Below are positions 23,952-34,832 of a DNA stretch of 64,000 nt, one piece after another. Made by a program: the position numbers and the translations under genes. The stretch is taken from contig CM075996.1 in NCBI GenBank assembly GCA_038087875.1, positions 5,768,001-5,832,000 of the forward strand. The letters are read 5' to 3'. Source of the DNA: Malacoraja senta (Eukaryota). Each line of letters starts with the position of its first letter. Within the stretch, counting starts at the first letter, position 1. The notes below the pieces were generated by a model, which did no database searches, was not told the DNA's origin, and saw only the letters and a program-made list of their open reading frames with translations.

Positions 23952-25927
23952 CTGGCGTGGAAAAGCACTGGTCAATACTCAGCCCAAAGCAGGCAACAGC
24001 TCTTGACCCCAAAAAACTGGAGTAACTCGGCCAGTCCGACTGCATCTGTGGAGAAAAGGAATAGGTGACGTTTCGGGTCGAGACCCTTCGTCAGACTGAG
24101 GAAATGTCTCGAGCCGAATCGTCACCAATTCCTCCTCTCCAGAGATGCTGCCAGTCCCGCTGAGTTACTCCAGCTTTTTGTGTCTACCTTCGGTTTAAAA
24201 CAGCATCTGCAGTTGCTTCCTACACAGCCCATGACCCAGGTTCCAGACACACAGCAGATCTGACGGGCGACTGCTCACTGCTCCGAAACACCATCACTGG
24301 TACCCATGGATCAAGAGATGCACAGCTTCTCACTGCCCACTGCCCAACAACCAATGGCATCTAGTGTCGATGGGACATGTTGGTCGGCGTGGGCAGGTTG
24401 GGCCGATGGGCCTGTTTCCACACTTGCATGACTCTAACCAAGTTCCCTGGGGGGAACTGGAATCAATTAATGGCTGCAATTAAAATAGACGCCGGAAACA
24501 CCCAGTAGGTCAGGCAGCATCTGTGGAGACTGAGACCAATGTTTCCAGTCATTGACTCTTGTAGACTCAAAGGTAGACACAAATTGCTGGAGTACATCAG
24601 AGGATCAAGGCAGAATCTCTGGAGAAAAAGGATGGGTAACATTTCAGGTTGGGACCCTTCTTCAGACCCGAAACGTCACCCATCCCATTTCCCCAGAGAT
24701 GCTGCCTGACCTGCTGAGTTACTCCAGCACTTTGTGTCTAGCTTTGGGTATAAACCAGCATCTGCAGTTCTTTGTTTCCATTAAGAAATAGTTCATTTGT
24801 TTTTGTAGACAAAAATGCTGGAGAAACTCAGCGGGTGAGACAGCATCTATGGAGCAAAGGAAATAGGCAACGTTTCGGGCCGAAACCCTTCATTTGTTTT
24901 GTGTGTTTTTGAAGCTTTCCTTGAGATTTTTCTCAGCTCTGATGCTGCCTGTCCTGCTGAGTGTTTCTGATTCATTTAGCTATTTTTTTGCTTCGTTTTG
25001 TCACTGAAAGAAAATCCTGAGCATCAATGTTTCCACTGGTGGGAAAGTCTCGGACCAGAGGTCAGAGCCTCAGGATTAGTAGGCACTCATTTAAAAAGGT
25101 GAGGAGGAACTTCTTTAGTCAGAGGGTAGTTAAGCTACAGAGGGTGGAACTCATTGCCACAGAGGGCTGCGGAGGCCAAGTCAGTGGATATTTTTAAGGC
25201 AGTGGTAGACACATTCTTGATTAAAACGGGTGTCAAGAGTCATGGAGAGAAAGCAGGAAACTGGGATCAGGAGGCAGAGATCAGCCACGATTGTTTAGAA
25301 GGATGAGAAGGGATCTCATTGAAACATACAAGATTGTTAAAGACTTGGACACGCTAGAGGCAGGAAACATGTTCCCGATGTTGGGGGAGTCCAGAACCAG
25401 GGGCCACAGTTTAAGAATAAGGAGTAAGCCATTTAGAACGGAGACGAGGAAACACTTTTTCTCACAGAGAGTTGTGAGTCTGTGGAATTCTCCGCCCCAG
25501 AGGGCGGTGGAGGCAGGTTCTCTGGATGCTTTCAAGAGAGAGCTAGATAGGGCTCTTAAAAATAGCGGAGTCAGGGGATATGGGGAGAAGGCAGGAACGC
25601 GGTACTGATTGGGGATGATCAGCCATGATCACAGTGAATGGCGGTGCTGGCTCGAAGGGCCAAATGGCCTACTCCTGCACCTGTTGTCTATTGGTCTATT
25701 GATTGAATGGCGGTGTAGATTTGATGGGCTGAATGGCCTAATTCTACTCCTATCACATGTGAACTTGTGAAAGTGTGAATGGACAGGGAGTGTGGGCTAG
25801 AGTAACTCAGCAGGTCAGGCAGCATCTCTAGGGATTAAGGAATGGGTGACGTTTCGGGTCGGGACCTGGAATGACTTCGGAGTTAGTGAAAGGGAAATGC
25901 TGCAGTTACCCAAAGGCTGGGACTCAC

Positions 25928-26026
25928 GTTCTTTGGTCGAATGGAAATCCTCTCGCTCTCCATGTTCATTCCTGGAATAATCACTGTCATCTTCCGAGGT
26001 CCTTTAAACCCGAGAATGTTGGTTTC
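25928..26026 (-). CDS. TULP2: Tubby-family protein, exon 12
   Basis: [37 protein letters not shown] boundaries; 99 bp. Confidence 0.95.
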
Positions 26027-26233
26027 CTGCATTGTAGAAGGAGCTCTGGGTTAGTCTGGGTTGTGCTCTGATCGCCATCTTCAACCTCCAATCCTTGCTC
26101 CTCTTCTGCAAGCTTACTTTAGTTAGGAGTTAGCATGGAGACAGGCCCTTCGACCCATCGATTGCCGGTACACACTAGTTCTATGTTTGCCCACTTGTTT
26201 GCATCCACTCCCTACACACTAGGGCCAATTAAT

Positions 26234-26287
26234 GGGGTGGGAGATTGCAACCTTCACGTGGTCCGCCCTGTTTCGACGAATGCAATC
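26234..26287 (+). ncRNA. Minimal HDV/CPEB3-like self-cleaving ribozyme (predicted)
   Basis: P1 GGGGUGG/CCGCCCU, P2 GAUUGCA/UGCAAUC, P3 ACC/GGU, L3 UUCACGU, J1/4 GU, J4/2 C-GAA with the candidate catalytic C at 26277. Confidence 0.8.
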
Positions 26288-26375
26288 AACCTGGCGTGCA
26301 CGATCAAATAAGATCAAATAGAACAAGTTGTCCTACAACTTTAGGCTGTGCACGCCATACGCAAGAAGAAGATGA
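26234..26375 (+). mobile_element. ~140-bp ribozyme-headed retroposon (Ingi/Vingi-like non-autonomous SINE), copy 1
   Basis: 13-bp TSD AGGGCCAATTAAT / AGGGCCAACTAAT, GCCATACGCAAGAAGAAG tail, and a second copy at 40435 with the same 5' end. Confidence 0.85.
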
Positions 26376-28630
26376 AGGGCCAACTAATGTGCAAACCCGC
26401 AAGTCATTGGGATGTGGGAGGAAACCGTGAGCACCCGGTGGATACCCACGCGGTCACAGGGAGAAGGTGCAAACTCCACATAGACAGCACCCGAGATCAG
26501 GATCGGACCTGGGTCTGCGAGGAAGCAGCTCGACCCGCTGCGCCACTGTTCCGTGCTGAGCATCCACACCTTGGCCTCCGTCTGCCTGTTCCTCTGGGTT
26601 TCTGAAGCCGTCGCTCCCTCTCCCTGCAAGCCCTGCTCTCTGGTAAAGCTGGTTAGCACGCAACAAAAGCTTTTCACTGTACCTCGGTAGAGGTGACGAT
26701 AAACGATCCTGAAACTGAGCAACGCCCTTCTCCTCAACGGGCAGGGCCCTGTCACGTTCAGCCTCCCTGTACTCTGCTGCCTCCTGCAACCAGGTTCAGG
26801 GCCAGGTCCCGACCAGGAACAAGTTCACAAGTTTTAGGGGTAGAATTAGGCCATTCGGCCCATCGAGTCTACGCCAGTCAATCATGGCTGATCTCCGCCT
26901 CCTAATCCCAGTTTCCCGCCTTCTCTCCATAACTCGACACCCATTCTAATCAAGAATTTGTCTATCTCTGCTTTAAAAATATCCACAGACTTGGCCTCCG
27001 CAGCCCCCCTGTGGCAAAGAGTTCCACAGATTCACCACCCTCTGACTAAAGAAGTTCCTTCTCACCTCTTTTCTAAAAATGCGTCCTTTAATTCTGAGGC
27101 TCTGACCTCTGGTCCGAGACTCTCCCACCAGTGGAAACATCCTTTCCACATCCACTCTATCTATGCCTTTCATTATTCTGTAAGTTTCAATGATGTCCCC
27201 CCCTCAACCATCTAAACTCCAGTGAGTTGAGGCCCAGTGCTGTCAAACGCTCACCATCTGCTAACCCACTCATTCCTGGAATCATTCGTAAACCTCCTCT
27301 GGACCCTCTCCAGAGCCAGCACATCCTTCCTCAGATATGGGCATCAAATTTGCTCACAGTACTCCACATGCAGCCTGACCAGGTATAACTGCTAGCATTG
27401 AATTTGCCTTCATTACTACCGATTCGGCTTGCAGATGAACTTTGTGGGATCCAAGCGCCCATCTCAAGGGCAAAGCCTTACCGAATTACTGTTGGACAGT
27501 GGTGCCTTTTGGCCATATCCATCAGGCGAGAATGAAATGCTCGTAGAAGGAGAAAGAGGTGCAGCGCACGCATAGGTCTTGAACCTGGTGAGACGCAGGA
27601 GGAGCCCGGCCTGGACTCACCCCACAGAGCCCAGTCCCTCCACGCACTAGAGTCTCCCAACCCCTGCAGTGTGGTTACTAAGATGGCTGATCCGTGGGCG
27701 GTTGCTGCTGGGACGTAAGTCGGGGCCTGATCAACCCCGGCTGGGTCGCCTGGCGAGGGTGTCTGATGTTGTGAGACCCGAAACACCCGATGACCCCCCA
27801 GGTCACATCACTGAGGATGCGTCCCAGCCCATCTAGAAGTTTTATCTTTTCACACACGACACCCGGGAAAGTCCAACCGACAATCGGCAGATATAACTAA
27901 ATCTGTCCACACAATGGGTGGCATGGTTGAGCAGCTGGTAGAGCTGCTGCCTCACAGTGCCAGAGACCCGGGTTTCATCCGACTTCAGGTGCGGTCTGTG
28001 TGGAGTTTGCACGCTCTCCTTGTGACTGCGTGGCTTTCCTCCAGGCGCTCCGGTTTCCTCCCACACTCCAAACCCGCGCAGGCTTGTAGGTTAATTGGCT
28101 TCTGTACATTGCCCATAATGTGTAGGGTGCAAGACTGGGATAACAGAACTAATGCGCGGGTCATCGATGGTCGGTGCCGAATCGATTGGCCGAAGGGCCT
28201 GTTTCCACGCTGAATCTCTAAAGTAAAACATATATCCTGAAACGGAGCAATGAAATGTTACATTCCAAAGATGTGCGGGATTGTCGGTTACTTGACCCTG
28301 GTCTGTAGACAGCGGATGCGAGAGTGAGATAGTGTAGTGTGATCGGGTGATCAATGGTCGGCATGGACTCAGTGGGCTGAAGGGCCTGTTTCCATGCTGT
28401 ATCTCCAAACTTGGTATTGCCAGTCTGCGCGCTACGCAACTTTTTTTCCCCATCCCTGGTTTCTCTTCCACTGTGTCTCCCTCTTCCAGTCCTCCTCCCT
28501 CCCACCCCTGGCTCCTCTGCAATGGACGTGACACTGTCTGTAGTCCTTGCCATCTCCACGGCACCTTGGACGCTCGAGCGACCGTGTCCTTGCCCTCGTT
28601 AGATTTTCCTGGCATGGTGTTTATACTCAC

Positions 28631-28745
28631 ATAGTAGACCGCCACGATCTCCTCACGGATGGCCGCGCTCTCAGACACCATGGGAGTCTTCTCTGGATTA
28701 ACGCCGTTATCAAATACCGTGAACTTGGTCCCAAACACATTGGAC
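28631..28745 (-). CDS. TULP2: Tubby-family protein, exon 11
   Basis: (R)SNVFGTKFTVFDNGVNPEKTPMVSESAAIREEIVAVYY; AG/GT boundaries. Confidence 0.95.
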
Positions 28746-28861
28746 CTGTGTCAAGAGGAAACATACGTCTGGTTATATCGGGACATCCCCCACCGTGCAG
28801 TCAGTGAAATGTAACCCCTGAACTAACTTCCCTACTACCACTACTGTACTAACTATACTTA

Positions 28862-29660
28862 AGCCCCTGTCCCACTTTCACGACCTTATTCGCGACCTCT
28901 GACGACCTTAAACGACCTAAAAAAAATCAAGGTCACGGTAACCTACGACCTCCTACGACTATGTTGAGGACCTCCCACGACTATGAAGAAGACCTCCTTC
29001 GACCTCCTTCGACTATGTTGAAGATTGGCTTCGACCAGTCTTTCAAGAGAGAGCTAGATAGGGCTCTTAAATATAGCGGAGTCAGGGGATATGGGGAGAA
29101 GGCAGGAACGGGGTACTGATTGGGAATGATCAGCCATGATCACATTGAATGGCGGTGCTGGCTCAAGGGGCCAAATGGCCTACTCCTGCACCTATTGTCT
29201 ATTGTCTATTGACCATGTACGTTTTACTGCTGTTTGCAGTAGCCCTTTTGCATCAGCAGCCTTTTAAGAAAGGCAGACGGTGTGAAAGAGCAAGGGTGAA
29301 GAGGAAGCACAAGAAGAGGTCTCAATGGGTGACTGGAGATGATGTGGTGGACTGTCCCAGTACACCAGATGACTGGAAGAGAGTGGCGCTGGGCTTTGAC
29401 AAAAGATGGAACTTTAAGCACACATGTGGGACAGTGGATGGCAAGCATGCCATTCTTGTCCCTGTCCCTGTACCCCTCATTTTCCTTTTCGTACAGGATG
29501 GCATTCTGCTGGAACCATTCCTCAAGGCCCCCCTCCTGCTGCCTGGCGAGGGTGTAGGGCCAAACCCAGGCGACTATCTGCGTGCTGGCCACTGAAGCAG
29601 ATCTACAGTTACATATTACAATCGCTCCACACTCTGAAATCCCTATCCACACACTGCGAA
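28862..29660 (+). mobile_element. Internally deleted PIF/Harbinger transposon remnant (left TIR, transposase and Myb/MADF-like fragments), interrupted by a CR1 tail
   Basis: TTA|AGCCCCTGTCCCAC TIR. The + strand encodes CPSTPDDWKRVALGFDKRWNFKHTCGTVDGKH (DDE_Tnp_4/HARBI1-like, 29350-29457). The - strand encodes LEEWFQQNAILYEKENEGYRDRDK (MADF-like). Confidence 0.65.
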
Positions 29661-29850
29661 TGGTTCGACTGTCGTCATGTATCGTCTTTCCGCTGACTGG
29701 TTAGCGAGCAACAAAAGGCTTTTCACTGTACCTCGGTGCACGTGTCAATAAACCAAACGGAGACTGCAACCTCCCAGCTGATGGACACTGAGGCGTGATG
29801 TTATGGCAGCTTTCACCCCAAAGAACATTGGCAGCAAATTAAACAAATTC

Positions 29851-30440
29851 ATAGAAACATAGAAAATAGGTGCAGGAGGAGGCCATTCGGCCATTCGAGC
29901 CTGCACCACCATTCAATATGATCATGGCTGATCATCCAACTCAGTATCCCGTACCTGCCTTCTCTCCATACCCCCTGATACCTTTAGCCACAAGGGCCAC
30001 ATCTAACTCCCTCTTAAATATAGCCAATGAACCGGCCTCAACTACCTTCTGTGGCAGAGAGTTCCAGAGATTCACCACTCTCTGTGTGAAAAATGTTTTT
30101 CTCATCTCGGTCCGAAAAGACTTCTCCCTTAACCTTAAACTGTGACCCCTTGTTCTGGACTTCCCCAACATCAGGAACAATCTTCCTGCATCTAGCCTGT
30201 CCAACCACTTAAGAATTTTGTAAGTTTCTATAAGATCCCCCCTCAATCTTCTAAATTCTAGCGAGTACAAGCCGAGTCTATCCAGTCTTTCTTCGTATGA
30301 AAGTCCTGCCATCCCAGGTATCAGTCTGGTGAACCTTCTCTGTACTCCCTCTGTGGCAGGAATGTCTTTCCTCAGATTAGGAGACCAAAATTGTACACAA
30401 TACTCCAGGTGTGGCCTCACCAAGACCCTGTACAACTCGG
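29851..30440 (-). mobile_element. CR1-like LINE 3' fragment
   Basis: ORF 29941-30504 contains LYRVLVRPHLEYCVQFWSP..RGDLIETYKIL..; tail TTTCTATG. Confidence 0.88.
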
Positions 30441-31590
30441 TCCTGTCTTGTTCTGGCCGTCTCCGTCTTTCAGACTGACGAACGGTTCTGACCCAAAATG
30501 TCACCTGTTCCTTTACTTCAGAGGGGCTGCCTAGTTACTCCAGTATTTTGTGTCCATCTTCGGTATAAACCAGCATCTGCAGTTCCTTTCTACCCAAGCC
30601 CGCTACAACATGCAGGGGTGTCCATTATTGCCGATTGTCTGAAATAATCGAGCAAGGGGGATTATCATTGTATAAGTGTTCAAGAAGGAACTGCAGATGC
30701 TGGAAAATCGAAGGTAGACAAAAATGCTGGAGAAACTCAGCGGGTGAGGCAGCATCTATGGAGCAAAGGAAATAGGCAACGTTTCGGCCCGAAACTTTGT
30801 CTATTTCCTTCGCTCCATAGATGCTGCCTCACCCGCTGAGTTTCTCCAGCATTTTTGTCTACCATCGTCTAAGTAGTAGATACAAGCAACTGCAGATGCT
30901 GGTTAATGCACGAAAGGACACAAAGTGCTGGAGTAACTCAGCAGGTCAGGCAGCTTCTGTGGAGAAGTGACGCTTTGAGTCAGGACCCATCTTCGGACTC
31001 TCGGTCCATATCTGGGGCTAGAATCCAGGTGAGTTGACAGTCCCAGCCTGCGGGCGGGCGGGCGGGCGGTCGGGGGAGGGGCGAGGATCGGCGGAGTCGA
31101 TGGTGGCCGGGCATGCAGGTCGGCGGTGGCGGTGGAAGCAGGAGGCGTGAGCTGGTCGTGGGTGAGGAAGCGGTGTGGGCTGGGGGTGGCGTCGCCAGCC
31201 CAGCTTGCCGGTGAAGGTTAGTCCGTTATAACCAAAATCGTTTTCCTCTCCCCCGAATCACAGTCTGAAAGATCTCGACCCGAACCGTCACCCATCCCTT
31301 CTCTCCAGAGATGCTGCCTGTCCCGCCGAGTTACTCCAGCATTCTGTGTCTACCTCCTTTATAAAGAGATCCATAATGACGAGGGTTGATTGTATTCTAC
31401 CATATTCCTGACCTGTGCATCATCGATAGGAACATAGAAACATAGAAAATAAGTGCAGGATTGGGCCATTCGGCCCTTCGAGCCAGCACCGCCATTCAAT
31501 ACGATCATGGCAGATCACCCAAAATCAGTACCCCATTCCTACTTTCTCCCCATGTCCCTTGATTCCGTTAGCCCTAAGAGCTATATCTAA

Positions 31591-31904
31591 AAGCCCTGTC
31601 CCATTCAAGAGTTCACCCCGAGTTTGCCCTGATTCGAACTCAGAGATCTACGGTAATGGCCGCTCGTAAGTACTCGGGGCTCTTGTGGACATTTTTCAAC
31701 ATGTAAAATCTTCACGAGTCTTCCCGAGCTTACCTGCCGTTAACGAGTCTTCCCGAGTACCTGCCATTAGCGTTACGAACCGCTAAGAGACGTCCCCGAG
31801 CTCCGACGTACCCGCTGTGTACATTCTCCGTGCTTACCACGAGTTTGATTTTTTTTTAAACTCGGTAGAGCACTTGAATGAACTCGTACAGTGGGACAGG
31901 GCCA
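31591..31904. mobile_element. PIF/Harbinger MITE inserted in a CR1 tail
   Basis: TIRs GCCCTGTCCCA / TGGGACAGGGC, flanked by TAA (left) and TTA (right). The host CR1 sequence resumes on both sides. Confidence 0.78.
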
Positions 31905-32594
31905 TTACTCTCTCTTGAAACCATCCAGTGAATTGGCCTCCACTGCCTTCTGTGGCAGAGAATTCCACAGATTCACAACTCTCTGGGTGAAAAAGTTTTT
32001 CCTCATCTCAGTCCTAAATGGCCTCCCCCTTATTCTTAAACTGTGACCCCTGGTTCTGGACACCCCCAACATGGGTAACATTTTTCCTGCATTTAGCCTG
32101 TAAGAATAAGGTTTATATATGTTTCTATGTTGGTGGGAAAGCTTTGGAGAACCAGGTGGTGAACCACTCGTCACGGGGGTCTCGGCCTCTGACTAGCGTT
32201 AATGGCCACGCGGTTCACGTGGAGGCTTCCTTTGACAATAGACAATAGGTGCAGGAGTAGGCCATTCGGCCCTTCGAGCCAGCACCGCCATTCAATGTGA
32301 TCATGGCTGATCATCCCCAATCAGTACCACTGTTCCTGCCTTCTCCCCATATCCCCTGACTCCGCTATCTTTAAGAGCCCTATCTAGCTCTCTCTTGAAA
32401 GCATCCAGAGAACCGGCCTCCACCGCCCTCTGAGGCCGAGAATTCCAGGTCAATGAGCTTCAGGTCAATGCTGATCCCCCCACCCAGGCCATTGGTATCG
32501 GGGGAGAGGGGGAGTAGGGCGATTGGAAGGGCAGAATCGATGTAGGGGCGTGCCAGCTTTGCCATCCGGATCCGATCTGTTGCCTTCGTCTCAC

Positions 32595-32708
32595 CTCAAC
32601 TTGCCGATGAAACTCTCGCCGGCGCGGGACAGGTTTGTTGGGTCGGTCGAGATGAGGTAGTTGGACGTTTTGCTCTTCTTGCGTTTCCCGTCCGGCCATC
32701 AAGAAAAC
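32595..32708 (-). CDS. TULP2: Tubby-family protein, exon 10 (contains a +1 frameshift as assembled)
   Basis: [38 protein letters not shown]. The exon is 114 bp, but 113 bp is needed for phase; there is an extra base in the C run at 32687-32689. Confidence 0.9.
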
Positions 32709-33981
32709 CTGTGGACGTGACCACACGACAGGCATTTACTCTTCCTGGCTGGGGACGTCCATCATGTCCACGGACAGAGAACAGATCACCCCCACCTCAC
32801 TCCCCACCTCCTCCCCAACCCCCACCCCTCACTCACTCCACCCACCTCCACCCCTCCCTCCCCCCCACCCCCCACCCCTCAGAGACCCTCAGACTATCTT
32901 TGATCGGACTTTACCTTGCATGAAACGTTATACACGTTGTTCCCTTTATCATGTACACTGTCAATGGCCCTGTCGTAATCATGTATTGTCTTCCCGCTGG
33001 CTGGTTAGCGAGCAACAAAAGCTTTTCACTGTACCTCGGTACACGTGACAATAAACTAAACTGTCCCAATGTTTAAGGAACATTCAGATAGGTCCATGGA
33101 TAGGACAGGTTTGGAGGGATATGGGCCAAATGCAGGCAGGTGTGGCTAGTGCCGATGGGGCATGTTGGTTGGCATGGGCAAGTTGGGCCGAAGGGCCTGT
33201 TTCCATGCTGTACGAGTCCCCTCACCTCCAAAGGGAGGATGCAATAGAGATCTAAGATGGCTCGTGATAATTTATCCAGTGAAGTAAGCTCTGAAAAGGG
33301 CTAAGGGGAAGTTTAGTGCCAGCATGGAGTCAAAGTTCAGGAACCCCGACTTGCTGGACTCACACTGATCCCCAGGCTGTGGACCCCAGCTTCCCCCAGA
33401 AGATATATATGATGAAAGAATGGGTCCACTGGGCTTATACTCACTGGAATTTAGAAGGATGAGAGGATATCATAGAAACATATACAATTCTTAGATGATT
33501 GTACAGGCTAGATGCAGGAAAAATGTTCCCCATGTTGGGGGAGTCCAGAACCAGGGGTCACAGTTTAAAAATAAGGAGTAGGCCATTTAGGACTGAGATG
33601 AGGTGAAACCTTTTTACCCAGAGAGTTGTGAATCTGTGGAATTCTTAGCCTCAGATGGCAGTGGAGGCCAATTCACTGGATTTTTCCAAGAGAGAGTTGG
33701 ATATAGCTCTTAGGGCTAACGGAATCAAGGGATATGGGGAAAAAGCAGGAACGGGGTACTGATCTAGGATGATCAGCCATGATCATATTGAATGGCGGTG
33801 CTGGCACAATGGGTCGAATGGCCTACTCCTGCACTTATGTTTCTATGATAGTCCATTTCTCAGAATAAACAAGGAATGCAGTTAGACCAGTAGGCAAGGA
33901 TTCTCCAGGATTGGGAATGCCATGATTCCTGATCCATATGGATTCCTGCCCGAGATATCGGACTGATTGATGAACCTGTAC

Positions 33982-34158
33982 CTTTTTCCCATCATCCCTC
34001 TCCAAGTGTAGGTAGTAGGTCGGGAACATTCCCTTATCCATTCCCTTCTTGTCCCGTGTGATCCGACATTTAACAACGGTTCCTTGGGGCGCAGGCTTGA
34101 AGGCAAATTCTTCCACGTTTCCCACTTTAATTGGGACACCCTCAGTTCTGGATTCATC
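33982..34158 (-). CDS. TULP2: Tubby-family protein, exon 9 (start of the tubby domain)
   Basis: [63 protein letters not shown] boundaries. Confidence 0.93.
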
Positions 34159-34517
34159 CTGGATAATAAGACAGGGCGTCACCGATGCAGTAGGCAGCGA
34201 AATGTAGTGAGTAAAATACTTCAACTCAGTGAAAGAAGGTGGAAGAAAGAAAACATCTCATTGGCATCTTTTACAAGCCAATGAAGAATTGTGTTCAATA
34301 AAAATGAACTGCAGATGCCGAGTTATTCCGAAGATAGACACAAAGTGCTGGAGTAAAACTCAGCGGGTCAGGTGGCATCTATGGAGAAAATAGAACCACC
34401 TTTTTCTCCAGAGATCTTTTGGTGCATCTTTTTTCTCGGGAGATGCTGCCCGACCCGCTGAGTTATTCCAGCACTTTGAGCCTATCAAAAGATAGAATGT
34501 GCTGGAGTAACTCCATA

Positions 34518-34832
34518 GGGCGGCCACAGTGTCACAGCGGTAGAGTTGCTGCCTTACAGCACTTGCAGCGCCGGAGACCCGGGTTCCATCCCAACTACGG
34601 TTGCTGTCTGTACGGAGTTTGCACGTTCTCCCTGTGACCGCGTGGGTTCTCTCCGAGATTTTCGGTTTCCTCCCACACTCCAAAGACGTGCAGGTTTGTA
34701 GGTTCATCAGCTGGTGTATGTGTAAATTGTCCCGAGTGCGTGTAGGATAGTGTTAATGTGCGGGGATCGCTGGTCGGTGCGGACTCGGTGGGCCGAAGGG
34801 CCTGTTTCCGTGCTGTATCTCTAAACTAAACT
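34518..34832 (+). mobile_element. HE1-like V-SINE, full length
   Basis: tRNA-like head, V-domain (GGTTTCCTCCCACACTCCAAAGAC) and CTGTATCTCTAAACTAAA tail. Confidence 0.82.

Noticed and set aside
34518..34600. tRNA gene
   Set aside because: It is the tRNA-derived head of a SINE; there is no complete cloverleaf and it continues into the V-SINE body.
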